From Camelus dromedarius (lineage: Eukaryota), in contig NC_087436.1 of the NCBI RefSeq assembly GCF_036321535.1, positions 99,760,001 to 99,824,000 on the forward strand: a stretch of 64,000 nucleotides of DNA. Reading direction: 5' to 3'. The position numbers and the translations under genes are program-made. Under the pieces are notes generated by a model. It worked only from the letters and a program-made list of their open reading frames with translations. It was not told where the DNA came from and made no database searches. Shown piece by piece: positions 13,496 to 26,260 of the stretch (position 1 is the stretch's first letter; each line of letters opens with the position of its first letter).

Positions 13496-15199
13496 ATAAC
13501 ACAATTGCTGGCTTAAAACAAAAACCTCAGTCAACTAACCATCTGTTTGGCCTTTATAAGGTTCAAATTAATTGAAAATTATTTTGTTGTTGAATTTATG
13601 AAAAATGTGTTTTTAGCATTATGTAGATAATATTTAACATATCTATCATACAAGTCATACAGGCTTTTCTTACAAATATAAATTCTAAAGATTATTAAAT
13701 GAGAAATGCCAGTTTGCACTGGAAGTCAGATATATTGATTTTATTTTCATGCTTATTACTTTCTGACACCATATTGTGAATTTGTGAAGAGAAAGATTTT
13801 AGAAGCAAATACCCAGACAACTGGCACTTTTAAATTTAACTTTAAAATAAACTCTTTATTTTTACTAATTTTATAATTGTGGTGACATCACTTGTTGAAT
13901 TAAAAAAGATTCAAGAGCAAGTTAGATGTCAATTTAACCTTCTAGAATTTAGCCCCAAATTATATAAATAGAGAGCAATTAAATTTCTTACTCCGTTATT
14001 GTCCACCTAACATATTTCTCCCATGCACACAATGATTCCTTATTTGTAAACTAAGTGCCAACAGAAACATTTTTATTAACTTCTTAATTATGTTCTAATA
14101 AACAAGCTAGTGGTCTTATCTTTCATATTTGTGAAATCACTAATAAAATATTCTTAATAACTGTATCCGGCCAATTAATCTGCTCCTCTTCAGTTTTTCC
14201 CTAGTTGGTTTGTTAAAGGTGACATATATTGGATTATATTTCTAACATTTCTAAATAATAAGACTTGTTATAAAACATATTTTTAACAAGGTTCAGAACA
14301 TGTTAGAAACATAATTCAGCATATAAAGGGAAAATGTTTTAAAGTAATTATGTAATTTTTAAAAAGACATTATAGTTTCCCAGAAATAATTTTTAAAATT
14401 ATTTCTTGTCTCACTGTTTGCTAGAATGAGACTCATAGGCAAAAATAATTAATTTGAGATTCACATTTTTCATTAGTTCTGTGTGTTGTTACTTCTGATA
14501 CACACGAGATATTCCGCAGCAGATGGTCAATCTAAAATATTAGTGGCACATGGCTAGTGTTTCAGGAAAGCCTGGTTCAAAAGATCATAATTTTATTTTT
14601 CTTTTATTTAAACAGAAAGGAAAAAAGCATATTTAGCAGCCCAATTTCTTTATTCCTATAGTATGTACTTCACAACTAAGTGGATCTGCAATGAGGGAAG
14701 ACAAGTAAAATGTTCCACTGTGAATATATTGGCTTTGCCTTTCTCAGCTGTACAGGCTTCCTTCTTAGGGGTCTAGAAGAGTCTGAAAATTTGTCTTTTT
14801 ATATATCAAAATGCTCAGTTAATCAATCTCCCCCACATATCCCATTTCATGAAATTACATGCTAATTTTTGCAAAATATCCAAATACTTTCAAAGTGCAT
14901 GAAAAATTATCAAACTCTCAATTTTAGATATAAATGTCAAGCATTCTTTTTCACTACATACCAGAATCCTGTTAGTTAATTGACATGATATTTGAAAAAA
15001 AAAATCTTACGAAAAAATTGTGCTAGTGAAATAATCAGATAATCAGGCTGAATTCTTGGTCTCAATTTACTAAATACGTTGAAGGAAAGTTATATTTTAG
15101 TGTGTTTATTTGCAAGAGTGATGCAAAAAAAAGAGAAACCATTATTTTAGTACCTAAAGAAAAACTAAAAACAACACCAGTAACAAAACCCAAAGAACT

Positions 15200-16110
15200 G
15201 GATAGCTGTATTTTCGCCAGGCATCATTCTAGGCAGTGGAGGTAAAGCAGTGAAGTTCCAAACTTGTGGAGTTCATATTCTACGGGAGAAATGCACAATT
15301 CATGAATAAACAATTAAATGCATGTTATATAGTTGGGTAGTTGTAAGTGCTATAATAAAAAAAAAAAACCAAAAACATAAGGCCTGATAAATAATAGAGC
15401 CAATTGTAGTAATGGTGTACTTTTCTCAAAGATAATAATTTGAGAAGACTATGATGTGATGGAGTGTTGGTTCTGTGATACATCTCCTAGATCTCCCTTT
15501 AAGACTGATGATCTTATTCTCCCAGATCCTAGGGGCAGTTGGTGTGTCTCTGTGGATTTCCTGAACTGAAATGAGTGGCCTCACCTAAGGTCACATCCCC
15601 TTCAAGGAGGCTTGCTTCCAATGCCAGGTCAAAACAGGACTGATGGAAGATCATTCCAGTTTCTGAACTCCCTGTGTGGTTGGATGAGGCATTTATTGAG
15701 ACTGTAGCAGTATCTCTCTCTGCCCAGTCCTGCTTCCTTCCTTTCCATTCCACAGGTGCCGCTCCTGCAAACTCTTTACTCTTTGTCTCAAAGCTGGCTT
15801 CCCAGGGAACAGAAACGGCAACATGAAGTAAGGTACACAAGTTTTTAGAGGAATAACTTTCTAGTTTGCGTTAATAGCAATTTCAAAAGCTTTGGCAAGA
15901 GAAAGAACTAGATATATAAAAGGAGGAACAATGGCTTCAGTAGAGTGGTGGGTAGGTCAGAGGGGGAGGATAAACACCTTCAGACAGGTAGCCGGAGACC
16001 AGAGTATGTAGTGTCCTGGGTACACCAGTGACGGTATCTGTTCATAAATTCATAGTAGAACTCTTAGAGTTTCAAGCATAGGGTTTAATATGTTTGAACT
16101 TTTTCAAAGA
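15200..16110 (-). mobile_element. L2 fragment interrupted by an LTR16-like LTR
   Basis: 'GCCAGGCATCATTCTAGGCAGTGGAGGTAAAGCAGTGAA' and continuation of L2-like sequence after 15822. Confidence 0.6.
15455..15822 (+). mobile_element. LTR16-like (ERV-L) solo LTR
   Basis: 'TGCCCAGTCCTGCTTCCTTCC...CACAGGTG' and 3' end 'GCTTCCCAGGGAACAGAAACGGCAACA'. Confidence 0.75.
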
Positions 16111-16259
16111 TCACCTAAATTAGGGTGTTGGCTTTGCAAAATGAATTAGTACATTGACTACTGATCAAAAATCATTCCCCAAATTACCAACCATATTTTT
16201 CTAAGAATCTATAATTTGAATTTAATTAAATACAAAGAAAATTTATTAGTCTTCTCTTC

Positions 16260-16480
16260 ATTCACTCATCCATCCCTGTATTCAATAAACTCTCATTCAT
16301 TCAGTTCATATTTACTCACTGTCTACTCTGAGAAGGCACTGTGATAGGTGAACATGACAAAGATATTTCTTTTCCTAATATAACTTTCAGTTTTAGAACA
16401 AAGTGAGCATAATGAAGAACAAATCACACAATTAATTATTTACTTGTAATTGTATTGAGTGTTAAGAACAAGAAGCATAA
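16260..16480 (-). mobile_element. L2 3' end
   Basis: 'CATTCATTCAGTTCATATTTACTCACTGTCTACTCTGAGAAGGCACTGTG'. Confidence 0.65.
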
Positions 16481-16532
16481 AATCTCACATTCAGATTAGG
16501 AAAAACACAAGAATTTTTTAAGACTTTAAAAC

Positions 16533-16743
16533 CAAGATTTGCTGATACAAACTACTATATATAAAATAGATAAACAAACAAGGTTTTACTATATAGCACA
16601 GGGAGCTGTATTCAATATCTTGTAATAACCTAAAATGAAAAATACAAAAAGGAATATATGTATAACTGAAACACTATACTGTACACCAGAAATTAACACA
16701 TTGTAACCTGATGATACTTTAAAAAAAGAAAAGAAAAAGAAAG
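16533..16743 (+). mobile_element. Young 5'-truncated L1 3' end (artiodactyl/camelid type)
   Basis: 'TACTATATAGCACAGGGAGCTGTATTCAATATCTTGTAATAACC...CTGTACACCAGAAATTAACACATTGTAA' followed by A-rich tail. Confidence 0.85.
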
Positions 16744-17494
16744 GGTAAGCATTTAGCAAATAGCTAGGAAAAGAATGGGCAGATGCTGCAAGAGCAGGGA
16801 ATAAAGAAATTGAATCTTTATTTGTGTAGGATCTGAATTCTTGGTGTAGGACTCCTGTTAATGTATAACACTGCATATTTGCTTCTCAAATATTAAATCT
16901 GGTTTAACCCTAAATTATTTAAAATTATCTAAATAGCTGAGTTTAAAGTGTTTAAATAAACACTTTTTACTTTTGGCTTACTATGCTTTGTCTTTCAGAA
17001 TATAGTCTCTCCTTGAACTTTTTTTCCCCCAGTTTACTTGCAATTGATTGAGACTTGAGTAAAGCAGATGTTATGGTTATGATCTGCTTAAATTGAAATA
17101 TGATTAAAAATATTCCCACAAATCACTCATTTTTTTCACACCGTTTTGGGGAATTATGAGTTAGCCTTGAATCAGTCTGATCATTTTTGCATTACTTTCT
17201 GAAGTTTTGGTTTCCACATTACTTTTCACTTTTCACATTCACCCGATTATTAATACTTTGCATTATTTAGAAAAGATTAACAGGAAAAAATTTAGATGAA
17301 AGGTGATTTGTGGAAGAACTCATATGTTAAAATTTTATGTATATGTACATACATATAACACACACATACAAACACATAATACATACCCATGCACCATTTA
17401 TAAGTTATATGTACAATGTTTTAAATTTATGTGAAATAAATACCACACTGTTTTATTTAAATATTACATAAATATGTGCATATACAAAACTGGG

Positions 17495-17700
17495 ATAATA
17501 CTTACTGGTTGCTAAACACATGCCAGCTACTTTCCCATGTATTCTACAAGTATTAACTCAATTCTCCAGCATGTGAGGTAGGTACTATTAACAGCTGCAG
17601 TTTACAGGAGAAAACAAGGGATTAAGTAGTAGAGCAGCTATTTTTCAAAAAAAGCTAGGATTTGAAATGAAGAACCTGTATTTATAAACACTCAGCTGTA
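17495..17700 (-). mobile_element. MIR
   Basis: 'GTGAGGTAGGTACTATTA...TTTACAGGAGAAAAC' MIR core. Confidence 0.7.
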
Positions 17701-18161
17701 CTATTTATCTACAGGATCCTACCCTGAAGGATTTCCATCTTTGGGGAAGAATAATAGGTGTTCTTATGTTCTTTTGTTTTCTTTTTTTTTTGTTTTCTAT
17801 AATGACTATGTGTTGTTTTTGTAATACACATAAATAAAGCGACATGTAATCTTAGAAAATAATTTATAATGTTTGGATTTGAGATTTTTTTTAATATTTC
17901 TAATTAATGTTCAATCAATATTCCTGCTCTACATTTTTGACAATTTTTAAATAAATCACAGATTTTTCAGGTCTGTCAAAAATGAGCTGCCTATCCCAAA
18001 TTCGTATCTTGGTTACTTCTATGAATCTGAGAGATACTGCTTTAAAAATCTGCCTAAATATTTGAACCAAAATAAAATTCTAAGAAAACAATATAAGATA
18101 GTCATCTTGCACCCTGTCCAGACCTTTTTTAGGAGATGTGTTGCTTTGAGATGCATTAACA

Positions 18162-19112
18162 CAGTATTTTCAAATTTCAGTTTATGCTATCCTAAAATAA
18201 ACTTTAAATGCATCCTAAAATAAATTTAAAATAAAATTTAAAATGAACCTTTCTTAATTTTTTAAACTTAACAACCAAAATTTTAAAGATTTTCAGGAGT
18301 AACTTCTGTAGTATTATATTTCCAGTTCACTTCTCCCACAAGTTTTCATCCTGGTATATTCAAGCATGAAAGTTTTTATTGAATTCATATTATACTCTAC
18401 ATATAAAAATGATATAATGTGACTATTTAAAAATTTTTCCTGTGATCATAAGGCTATAATGATTAAAATATATTCTTAGTTTTAATTAGTAAAAGTATCA
18501 GTATATCCTTGTTTGAAAAATTATTAAAAATTTTGATGAGCAATTATTAAACACAAAAGATTAAAATTTTGGAAATGTTTGTTAATAAATTGAATAGGGC
18601 TTTTTAAAAAATAATTATGTATATGATAATAACCACAACTTATTACAGAAAGAAACAGTTTGTAGGCTAAATTATAAACCTGTTTTTTTAACTTCACAGA
18701 TGTAAGTGCTGAGAAACTTTGTTCATATGAATAATTAGGGAACAGTAGAATGTGTATTAATAGTCAAATTTCATATTTTTCTGAATTTCATTGAGTTATA
18801 TGACATAAAACCACATTTGGGTCAATAATTAAAAATTATTCATAATGACTTATGAATCTTATGTCAGTTCTATTTAGCTCTTCAATTTTATATGGAGAAA
18901 AAAAATTGAAACTACCAAGTCTATGTATTAATTGACAGTCAAGTCATTACGTTGTTTATTTTCATAAGTTCTAGAAAGTATTCCAAAAAGATCTTACTGA
19001 CACTTGGTTCATTATAATGTTTCACTCACACATTTTATTTTAATTGTTGCATTTAGAGATACATTTTTTAACCTGATACAGTTGGAAAATATAAAAAGTG
19101 TTGGAAAACAAA
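18162..19112. mobile_element. hAT-Charlie-like DNA transposon remnant
   Basis: Degenerate TIRs CAGTATTTTCAAA ... TTGGAAAACA; AT-rich interior resembling decayed antisense Charlie transposase. Confidence 0.55.
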
Positions 19113-19378
19113 ACTTAATTTCTATACATACTGGAATAAATATTTTTTGAGAACATCATTGTACTTAAATGTGTTTTAAATATATTTTTATCAAAATTTT
19201 TAGATTAGAGATTTTACATATTATTTGTATGGAATATATACAACATATAATAAGAAAATTATGATTATGTAATGTATAACATATGTTAGAGTGGAGTGAG
19301 CCACCTGAAACTACATTCTTAAAAAAGCTACTGTGATTTTTAAAAAGACAATTACTTCTAGGATAAATGACAGATAAG

Positions 19379-19419
<41 letters not shown>
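19379..19419 (+). repeat. (AGAT)~10 tetranucleotide microsatellite
   Basis: Direct reading. Confidence 0.97.
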
Positions 19420-19420
<1 letters not shown>

Positions 19421-19608
19421 ATGCACAGAGCTTTACCAAAAATTTGTTGCCTGATGGAAAAAAGTGCCAGATCCACTAATTTTCACTATTTACTATACTT
19501 AAATTTAAGCAGATTTTTCACTCAGAAGCAATGCACTTTTTATGATTGCTATAGGATAAAAAAGTGAGTCATTACATAAAATGTTGTGTCACTCCTACCT
19601 CACTCTAG

Positions 19609-19769
19609 ACCTTACCAAAATTCAGAAAGCATCTGAAAATGGTCAGTGCCAGTTTCAGACGCCAAGTACAGCCTACAACAGTGTTGAACAGGAAAGTGGG
19701 AAAGACAGCTGTTGCATGACTGACATTGAGATGACTGCTTACACTGAGAATTTGAATTGTCCAAGATAA
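19609..19769 (+). CDS. Candidate terminal coding exon (phase 1): (D)LTKIQKASENGQCQFQTPSTAYNSVEQESGKDSCCMTDIEMTAYTENLNCPR*
   Basis: Pyrimidine tract and acceptor CTCCTACCTCACTCTAG|AC; open frame to TAA; not recognisably repeat-derived; more GC-rich than flanks; hydrophilic protein-like composition. Confidence 0.45.
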
Positions 19770-20459
19770 CATTCTGTGGATAAATTTGCCATCATAAGAT
19801 TTAGAATGCATGGGAATCTAATATAATTTTTCATTCCTTCCTTCTCTCTCTTTTTCCTTTTCTTTCTTTCATTCATTTCTCTGAAGTTGAAAAGAAAGTT
19901 GGGACCTAAGAACCAGAGTGGCTCCTGGGTAGCATTTGCATTTGCAGAAACAGTACATCTTTTTGGGAAGAGTGCATGTGGAAATTGAGGATCTGGATTT
20001 TGATTCCTTAAACCTATCAATGTCCACATAGCACTTGCTAAGTTTTTATCTTCCTCCAGACATACTGTATACTAAGTTGGAAGATAATTTTTCTACCAAC
20101 CTTAAATTATCTTAGGTTGCCCTCCCCAAAATTCAGCAAAATATTAATTAGTAACATCCAACAGACTAAGTTATCCTATGGATAGCATAATTTTGAAGTG
20201 TTTGTTTATTATTAAAACTTGTTACTTAATTTCTTTTGTGGACTTTGTTTAAAAGACTAAGGCTGACAAAATTTTAAAATGGCGAGGTTTGTTGAAAACT
20301 CGTTAAAACACCTAAGAACTAAAGATAGCTGCCTAGTATTTTACAGTAAGAGATAGTAATTATGTAGCTGCAAAGGAAAATTCTTTAACTAAGTGAGGAC
20401 AACAGAAAAGCAAAAAGTAACTTTCAGCAATACAACTCAAAAATGTTTCTCCACAAAGT

Positions 20460-20478
20460 AAAAAAAAAAAAAAAAAAA
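20460..20478 (+). repeat. A19 homopolymer
   Basis: Direct reading. Confidence 0.95.
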
Positions 20479-21229
20479 CCTGATAAATTTCAGCTAATAT
20501 TTATTACAATCTAAATAATACATTTTTTATAATTAGTGAAGCCATATTTTTAATATTTCCCTTTATCCAAAGGTGACTAATTAGGGTCAAGAATATATTT
20601 ATATAACATACATATTTTAGTAGTTAAACCTAAGTTATTAAATGGGAAAGTGATTATATTTTATTTCAGACAGCTTCAGATAAAACTTTAATGCTAATTT
20701 ATTCTATTTAATATAATCCTGGTGACAAGTCTGGAGTTATCTATACTTAAATCTAATTTATCTCATAGAAATAATTAGATGAATATAGCATTATACTTCA
20801 CACATCTATAAAGTCTAAAGGATTAAAACATATAAACAAAAGAAAAAAGGAAAAAAATTTTAAGGCATTTTATTACAGTAAAGATATTCAACTATATTTT
20901 CACACTAAATACTATGCAAGAATGACAAAACTGATTTAAATTATGTAAATGTACCAGTCTACCTCCACCTTTTCATTCTAATTTTATAGACTATAAAATG
21001 ACAAATTTAAATTAAAACAGTGATCTACCACTGGAAAAATAATTGTAACTGACTTGGTGGTCATATGTATACATTTAAGTTGAATATGTAAGAATATGTT
21101 TCAATATAACACTGACTTGTACAACTCAGTGCCTTTTAATTTGTGGAAACATAACTTGTTTCAACTTTCCACACCAGTAAATGACCCTATTAACAAGAAT
21201 AATCTTAGACTGATTTAAAGAGATAACAC

Positions 21230-21580
21230 AAATTATAATGACAAATAAGATAGAAATTTATTTTCTGTCACAGAGAATGGATGGGAAAGCATCTAAGTAT
21301 TCAGTTATCATCCATCATTTCTTACACCCCCCATTGGCTGTGTTCTTCTCAGAGTCTAAGTTGTCTCTAGTCCAGTCCTAATTTCAATATCCCTGCTGGT
21401 GAATGAGAGAAAAGAGCAGAAAATTCAGGTTTGTCTTTTTCCATAAAAGTAACGAGGTAGAAGTTGCATATACTGTGGCCATGCCTAGCTGAATGAGAAG
21501 CTAGCAAATGCAGACTTTAGTTGTACAGCCATGTTCCCAGTTAAAACTTCCAGGACCTTTGGTAAGAAAAAATAATGAGA
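21230..21580 (-). mobile_element. Old MaLR (MLT1J/K-like) fragment
   Basis: 'GGCCATGCCTAGCTGAATGAGAAGCTAGCAAATGCAG' MLT1-type motif. Confidence 0.5.
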
Positions 21581-21733
21581 GTACAGCGGGGAATTGCTCT
21601 TATGAAAACTAGTTTTAAATGGAAAATGATCAAAACTTACTTCAGAATTCTTGCTATTTTCTACAAAGTTGTCCACTTATAACTATGAATATAAATTTTA
21701 GGTAAGATCAAGTCACCATAGAGATCAATATAA

Positions 21734-21734
<1 letters not shown>

Positions 21735-21792
<58 letters not shown>

Positions 21793-21800
21793 GGAGAGAA
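21735..21800 (+). repeat. (TG)~22 microsatellite followed by AG-rich repeat
   Basis: Direct reading. Confidence 0.97.
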
Positions 21801-22009
21801 TGAAAGGGAGTTTCATTTATCGAACTACTAAAAGGATAAAGCAGTCCCAAGGCACTAGTACTGAAGTATATTTTTTACAGGACACCTCTTGGGAATTTGA
21901 GTATTCCACTATTAACTTTAAAAATAAATCCTGTCCTACATAATTAGTCAAACAACAAGAACATAAATGAGATCTAAAATATATTGGAAATAATTTTAAT
22001 AATTGTACA

Positions 22010-23070
22010 GTTTTTTTATACTCTTATTTTGCAATGATTTAAGAGTTATGGAAGGGTAGCAAAGACAGTACAGAGAGTTTCTATATAACCTTTACCTGCC
22101 CTAACCTCCCAATAATAATAACTTACATAGCATTGTACTATTGGTTCATAAACTGACCCTTATACACAGAGGGCAAGGAGAGACCAAAGAAAGAGACAGG
22201 CCGCCCAATATTGGTAGGTGGTAGGTTTAATAAGCAAAAAAATTTAACATGCAAGGCTTGTCTTGGGCAGCTGAAAAACACGTAGATCTCTGCGTCTGCC
22301 TGCCAGAATCTGAAAAGTTTATATAGCAGCCTTACCTGGGTTCAGTCACATACACTGTCCAGATGGTCTCAGTACCTTGCTCAAGGCTGTTTCCTCATAA
22401 ACAGCTCCTGATGTAAGAACACTGGACAGAGCCGTATATTCCAAGGACAGGGGAGCGTGGGGAGAAGCATCTGATTACATGCGTCCAGCTCTAGGGTCAA
22501 CCAGAGGTCATGCCCTTCCTGGATGACCTCCTCCAACAGGTTCATTTATCAAAACTTAAGAAATTAACTTTACAATACTATTAACTACAGAATCCATTCA
22601 TATTTCATTACTATCTCCACTAATGTTGTTTACTCTATTCCAGTATCCAGTCCAGGGTAGGTACCACACTGCATTTATTTATCATGACTCTCCATTGGCG
22701 TCTTCTCCAATTTTGATAGTTTCTCAGTCTTTCCTTGTCTTTTATGTATTAGACAGTTTTGAGGAATAAGGGTCGAATATTTTGCAGAATGTCACTCAGC
22801 TTAGGTTTGTCTGATATTTTCCATGTTTATACTAAGGTTATGGATTCTGGGGAAGAATGCCAGAGAAGTGATGAACTGATCTCAACACATCATGACAGGA
22901 GTATGAGCGCTTACATAACATTACTGAAAATGTTAACTTTTATTCCTTTAAGATGTGATTGCTAGTTTCTGCAATGAAAAAAATCATTGTTTTCTTTTCT
23001 TAGTCTGTATGTTAAAAGTGAGCTAACTCAAGCCCACATTATAGGTAAAGAAGATTAAACTCCATCTCTC
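22010..23070 (-). mobile_element. L1MC/MD-like 3' end, split by a solo LTR
   Basis: 'GATTTAAGAGTTATGGAAGGGTAGCAAAGACAGTACAGAGAGTTTC' before and 'CATTTATCAAAACTTAAGAAATTAAC' after the LTR are collinear L1 3' UTR segments. Confidence 0.75.
22139..22538 (-). mobile_element. Solo LTR (~400 bp) inserted into L1
   Basis: Minus strand begins TGTTGGAGGAGG; TATA box (TTTATATA on +) and ATTAAA (TTTAAT on +) in LTR order; degenerate 5-bp TSD TGTAC/GGTTC. Confidence 0.8.
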
Positions 23071-24144
23071 AAAATATAGTGAAATGACAGTGACAACTAA
23101 ATATATTGAAAATGCATTTAAAACTATTTAAAATAAATTTTTTCAACAAATTGTATAGATATATTTTTAAAATAAGAGCTCATAATCATAAAAGTTGGTA
23201 TTTTATATCATTGAAACAGATTTTTTATTTATTACTAATCTTTTCCTAGACTTTAACATTTAATAAATAGTCATATTTTCCACTTCTTAAATTAAAATTG
23301 CCTTCCACCTGCAATACATTCTTCAAGTATTTCTAAAACTATAACTGGAAATAAGGCTTTGATGTCAGGCTTTTTTTCCCTACTACTGAGATAAAAAAAA
23401 AAAACCATGACACCAGATAATAGACTTTATGAAGCATTTAGGAGTTTATTAAACAATTTAGAACCTTTTATTGTATTTTTTTGAGCTTACTTTTGTGTAT
23501 ACTTAAGGTCCTAAAATATCTTTTTCCTCTTTATAACTGTCTGATCTGTTGCTATTTGATCTGAATTTTTTTTTTCCTTACAGACATTTATACAACCATT
23601 TAGTTTATTAAACCTCAAACTTTAATTCAAAAATTTCTTGGCACTTAATATTTAGAACAAAAAATCGTGTTTTCACAATTACATTCTGATATAAACTATT
23701 GTTTTATTCCAACACATACTCGATTGCTGAAATAAAGACGTGATGCAGTTTTGACCTCACTTTGCAGCCAAGAGGTTGGCCTAAAGATTTGTGTCATTTT
23801 ATTATGTTTAAGAACTTTGTAAATTTGTTTTCTCTCATTTCAAATGTGAGTATTGTATAGTAGGCAAACAGGAATTCACACTATTTTCTATTGTTTTCAT
23901 ACAATGTATATTAACAATGTATGTATGCTATGTAACCACAGTGATTTCATAACTGCAACCAAGTGAAAAAGTCAAGAAAAGTCATGGAACAACTGATAAC
24001 CCCAGGCTTCTTTAAATCTCTGTGATCTAAAAGGCCATTTGTTGGAAGTGAGTTGGAGAATTTGAAACATCTCAGTAACAATTGGTTTTCCACCATTTTC
24101 CTATTTGTGATATAATTATTTCTCTTATATCATCGAAGAGTCTT

Positions 24145-24565
24145 TATGCCGGGCGTTGAGTTGTGCTGTCCACATGCCTCTTCTAGGTAGCACTTGTTTT
24201 CTGAGCTGCTGAGAATGCTGTCGAGCTGAGAGCTTTCAGATACCAGCCAGTTTCAGGAGTGCCTTCAATTGCCAAAAGCCAGTTCTCCAAAGAATCTTCC
24301 CTTCTTAGGGTGGAATGATTGACGCAGGGGTACAAAGGCCTTTTTATTTTGATCCAACAGAATCCTGAGGGGCAATTTAGTTCCATACGTTTTTTTGGGG
24401 AGAGGGTATCAGCTGAGGCTATTACGGGATGTGTTGTGCAGCTTGACCACACCCTCCCCAATCCTGCTTCCTTACCCTCCCTAGCACAGGTGTTCATTCC
24501 CAATGAACCCTGTGTACACTGGACTTCACCTGAGTCTGTTTTTCAGCCACCACCACCTGCAACCC
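24145..24565 (+). mobile_element. LTR16-like (ERV-L) solo LTR
   Basis: 'CCCAATCCTGCTTCCTTACCC...CACAGGTGTTCATTCC...CCTGAGTCTG'; same motifs as 15455-15822. Confidence 0.7.
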
Positions 24566-25059
24566 TCATTTGTTGGCAGCTAAATTGGGTCATCAGGTTT
24601 TCATTTCTGCCCCTACTGTGTTTCCTATACATGTTGCCTGTATCATGCACATATATTCTGTAGTACATTATTTAGGCAAAAAGAGTATACTATACTGTTT
24701 AAAAATATTCAGTAAATATTGTCAATTTGTGTGTCAGACTACAATGCATATGAATTTATTTTGGTAGTTACCCACTAGTCCCTTTATTCTAAACAACTAT
24801 ATCTAATGGTTCAGTTTCAAGTTGAATTATGCAACAAATCTGTGTCTCTGCAAATGGTGTAGTTTGTAATACACATAAAAATGCTGTTGAGCCATCTTAA
24901 TCTTGCAATTTACATTTTCCCATATTATAAAATAAGAGGGGATAGAAAAAGTGATTAATATGAAGCATACTTGAAATCGGCCTCTTGAGAATTTTATATA
25001 AGTAAGCACTGTGAAAGTATATTCTGCTGTTACTCTCACTATAATTAAGAGTGTAAATT

Positions 25060-25700
25060 TGTGTCATTTTTTTAGAGTCCACATGTGATATCATATATTT
25101 GTCTTTATCTGACTGACTTTACTTATATAAGAATCTCTAGATCCTTCCATGTTGCTGCAAATGACAGTATTTCATTCTTTTCTAATAACAACAAAAAAAC
25201 TAATCAAAAATGAGCAAAATACCTAAAGTAGCATAAATTAAACAACACTAGATTGCCATTTATCGCTCAGGAAATTTGAAAAACACATATGATAATGTTT
25301 AGTGTTCAGTGAAATTCCCACTTTTTTTACACTATATCCATGGATAGAGTTTGTCATATTGTTTATGGAAATCAGTGTGGCAAATCTTTTGAAGAGGATT
25401 TATCTAGTCATATACTTTATAATGTATTTCCATTCACATGGACAGAAAGTAAGATAATCATTTTAGATTGAAAAGTTTATTCTAATTGCTGGGTAAACTG
25501 GATACTTTGTAGTGATTAAAAATAAGCTTAGGAAAAATTTATGTTGAAACTTAATGTTATAATGGAGCATTATAAGAGTAGTCATAAAATTTGATGTTTT
25601 ACATGGAGATAACAAGTATATATTTACCATCTATTAAGTGTTTGTTTCTAGATTTTTGAGTTTTGGGACAATATTTTTATCTTTCTATATATTTTTGCTT
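25060..25700. mobile_element. L1 fragments (antisense 3' UTR piece ~25060-25185, then old sense L1ME-like debris)
   Basis: 'GTCTTTATCTGACTGACTTTACTTA...CATGTTGCTGCAAATGACAGTATTTCATTCTTTT'. Confidence 0.65.
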
Positions 25701-26099
25701 TAATATATAAAGATACCTTAAAGGATAGAAAGAAACGTACAAAACAATTAAAAAACATGAATACAATAACTTTATAAAAAATAAAAATAATTGTTACATT
25801 TGTTGCATTAATAATTCTTTGGTAGCTAAAGGCTGTTACCAGTTAAAAGAGTGGGAGATGAGTTCACTGTGAAAACCCTGTTTCATGGAACTCTCAAAGG
25901 AATACACTCTTTGGAAGGTACTTAAGTATAGTTATGTTTTTTACCTACTAAATAGATGAAACAAATTAATTTACTAACCACTATTGACTTTCTTTTATGT
26001 TCAAGACAATTTGATTCAATCATCTACATCTTAGTTCTAATAACTACAAAGCACATAGGAATGAAAGCAGCAAAGAATGTAAGTAATTGGGAAAATAGT

Positions 26100-26260
26100 A
26101 TATTGACCATTAGGAGACACTTACTCTAGTACCAGCTGTGCCTGTAATTAGCATTTAACTCTTCAGAAAATCCACCCACCTGCTCTTGGCCACATTTTTC
26201 TCATCTGTATAATGATGAGGTTTGAGTGGAAAATCTCTAAAATCTTCTTCAGCTGTGACA
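26100..26260 (+). mobile_element. MIR
   Basis: 'TTTCTCATCTGTATAATGATGAGG' MIR core. Confidence 0.65.

Noticed and set aside
14382..14406. Palindrome AGAAATAATTTT-T-AAAATTATTTCT
   Set aside because: Almost all A/T, low complexity
19743..19881. Minus-strand exon (EMNERKKRKKREKEG...)
   Set aside because: Derived from a low-complexity pyrimidine tract; weak donor
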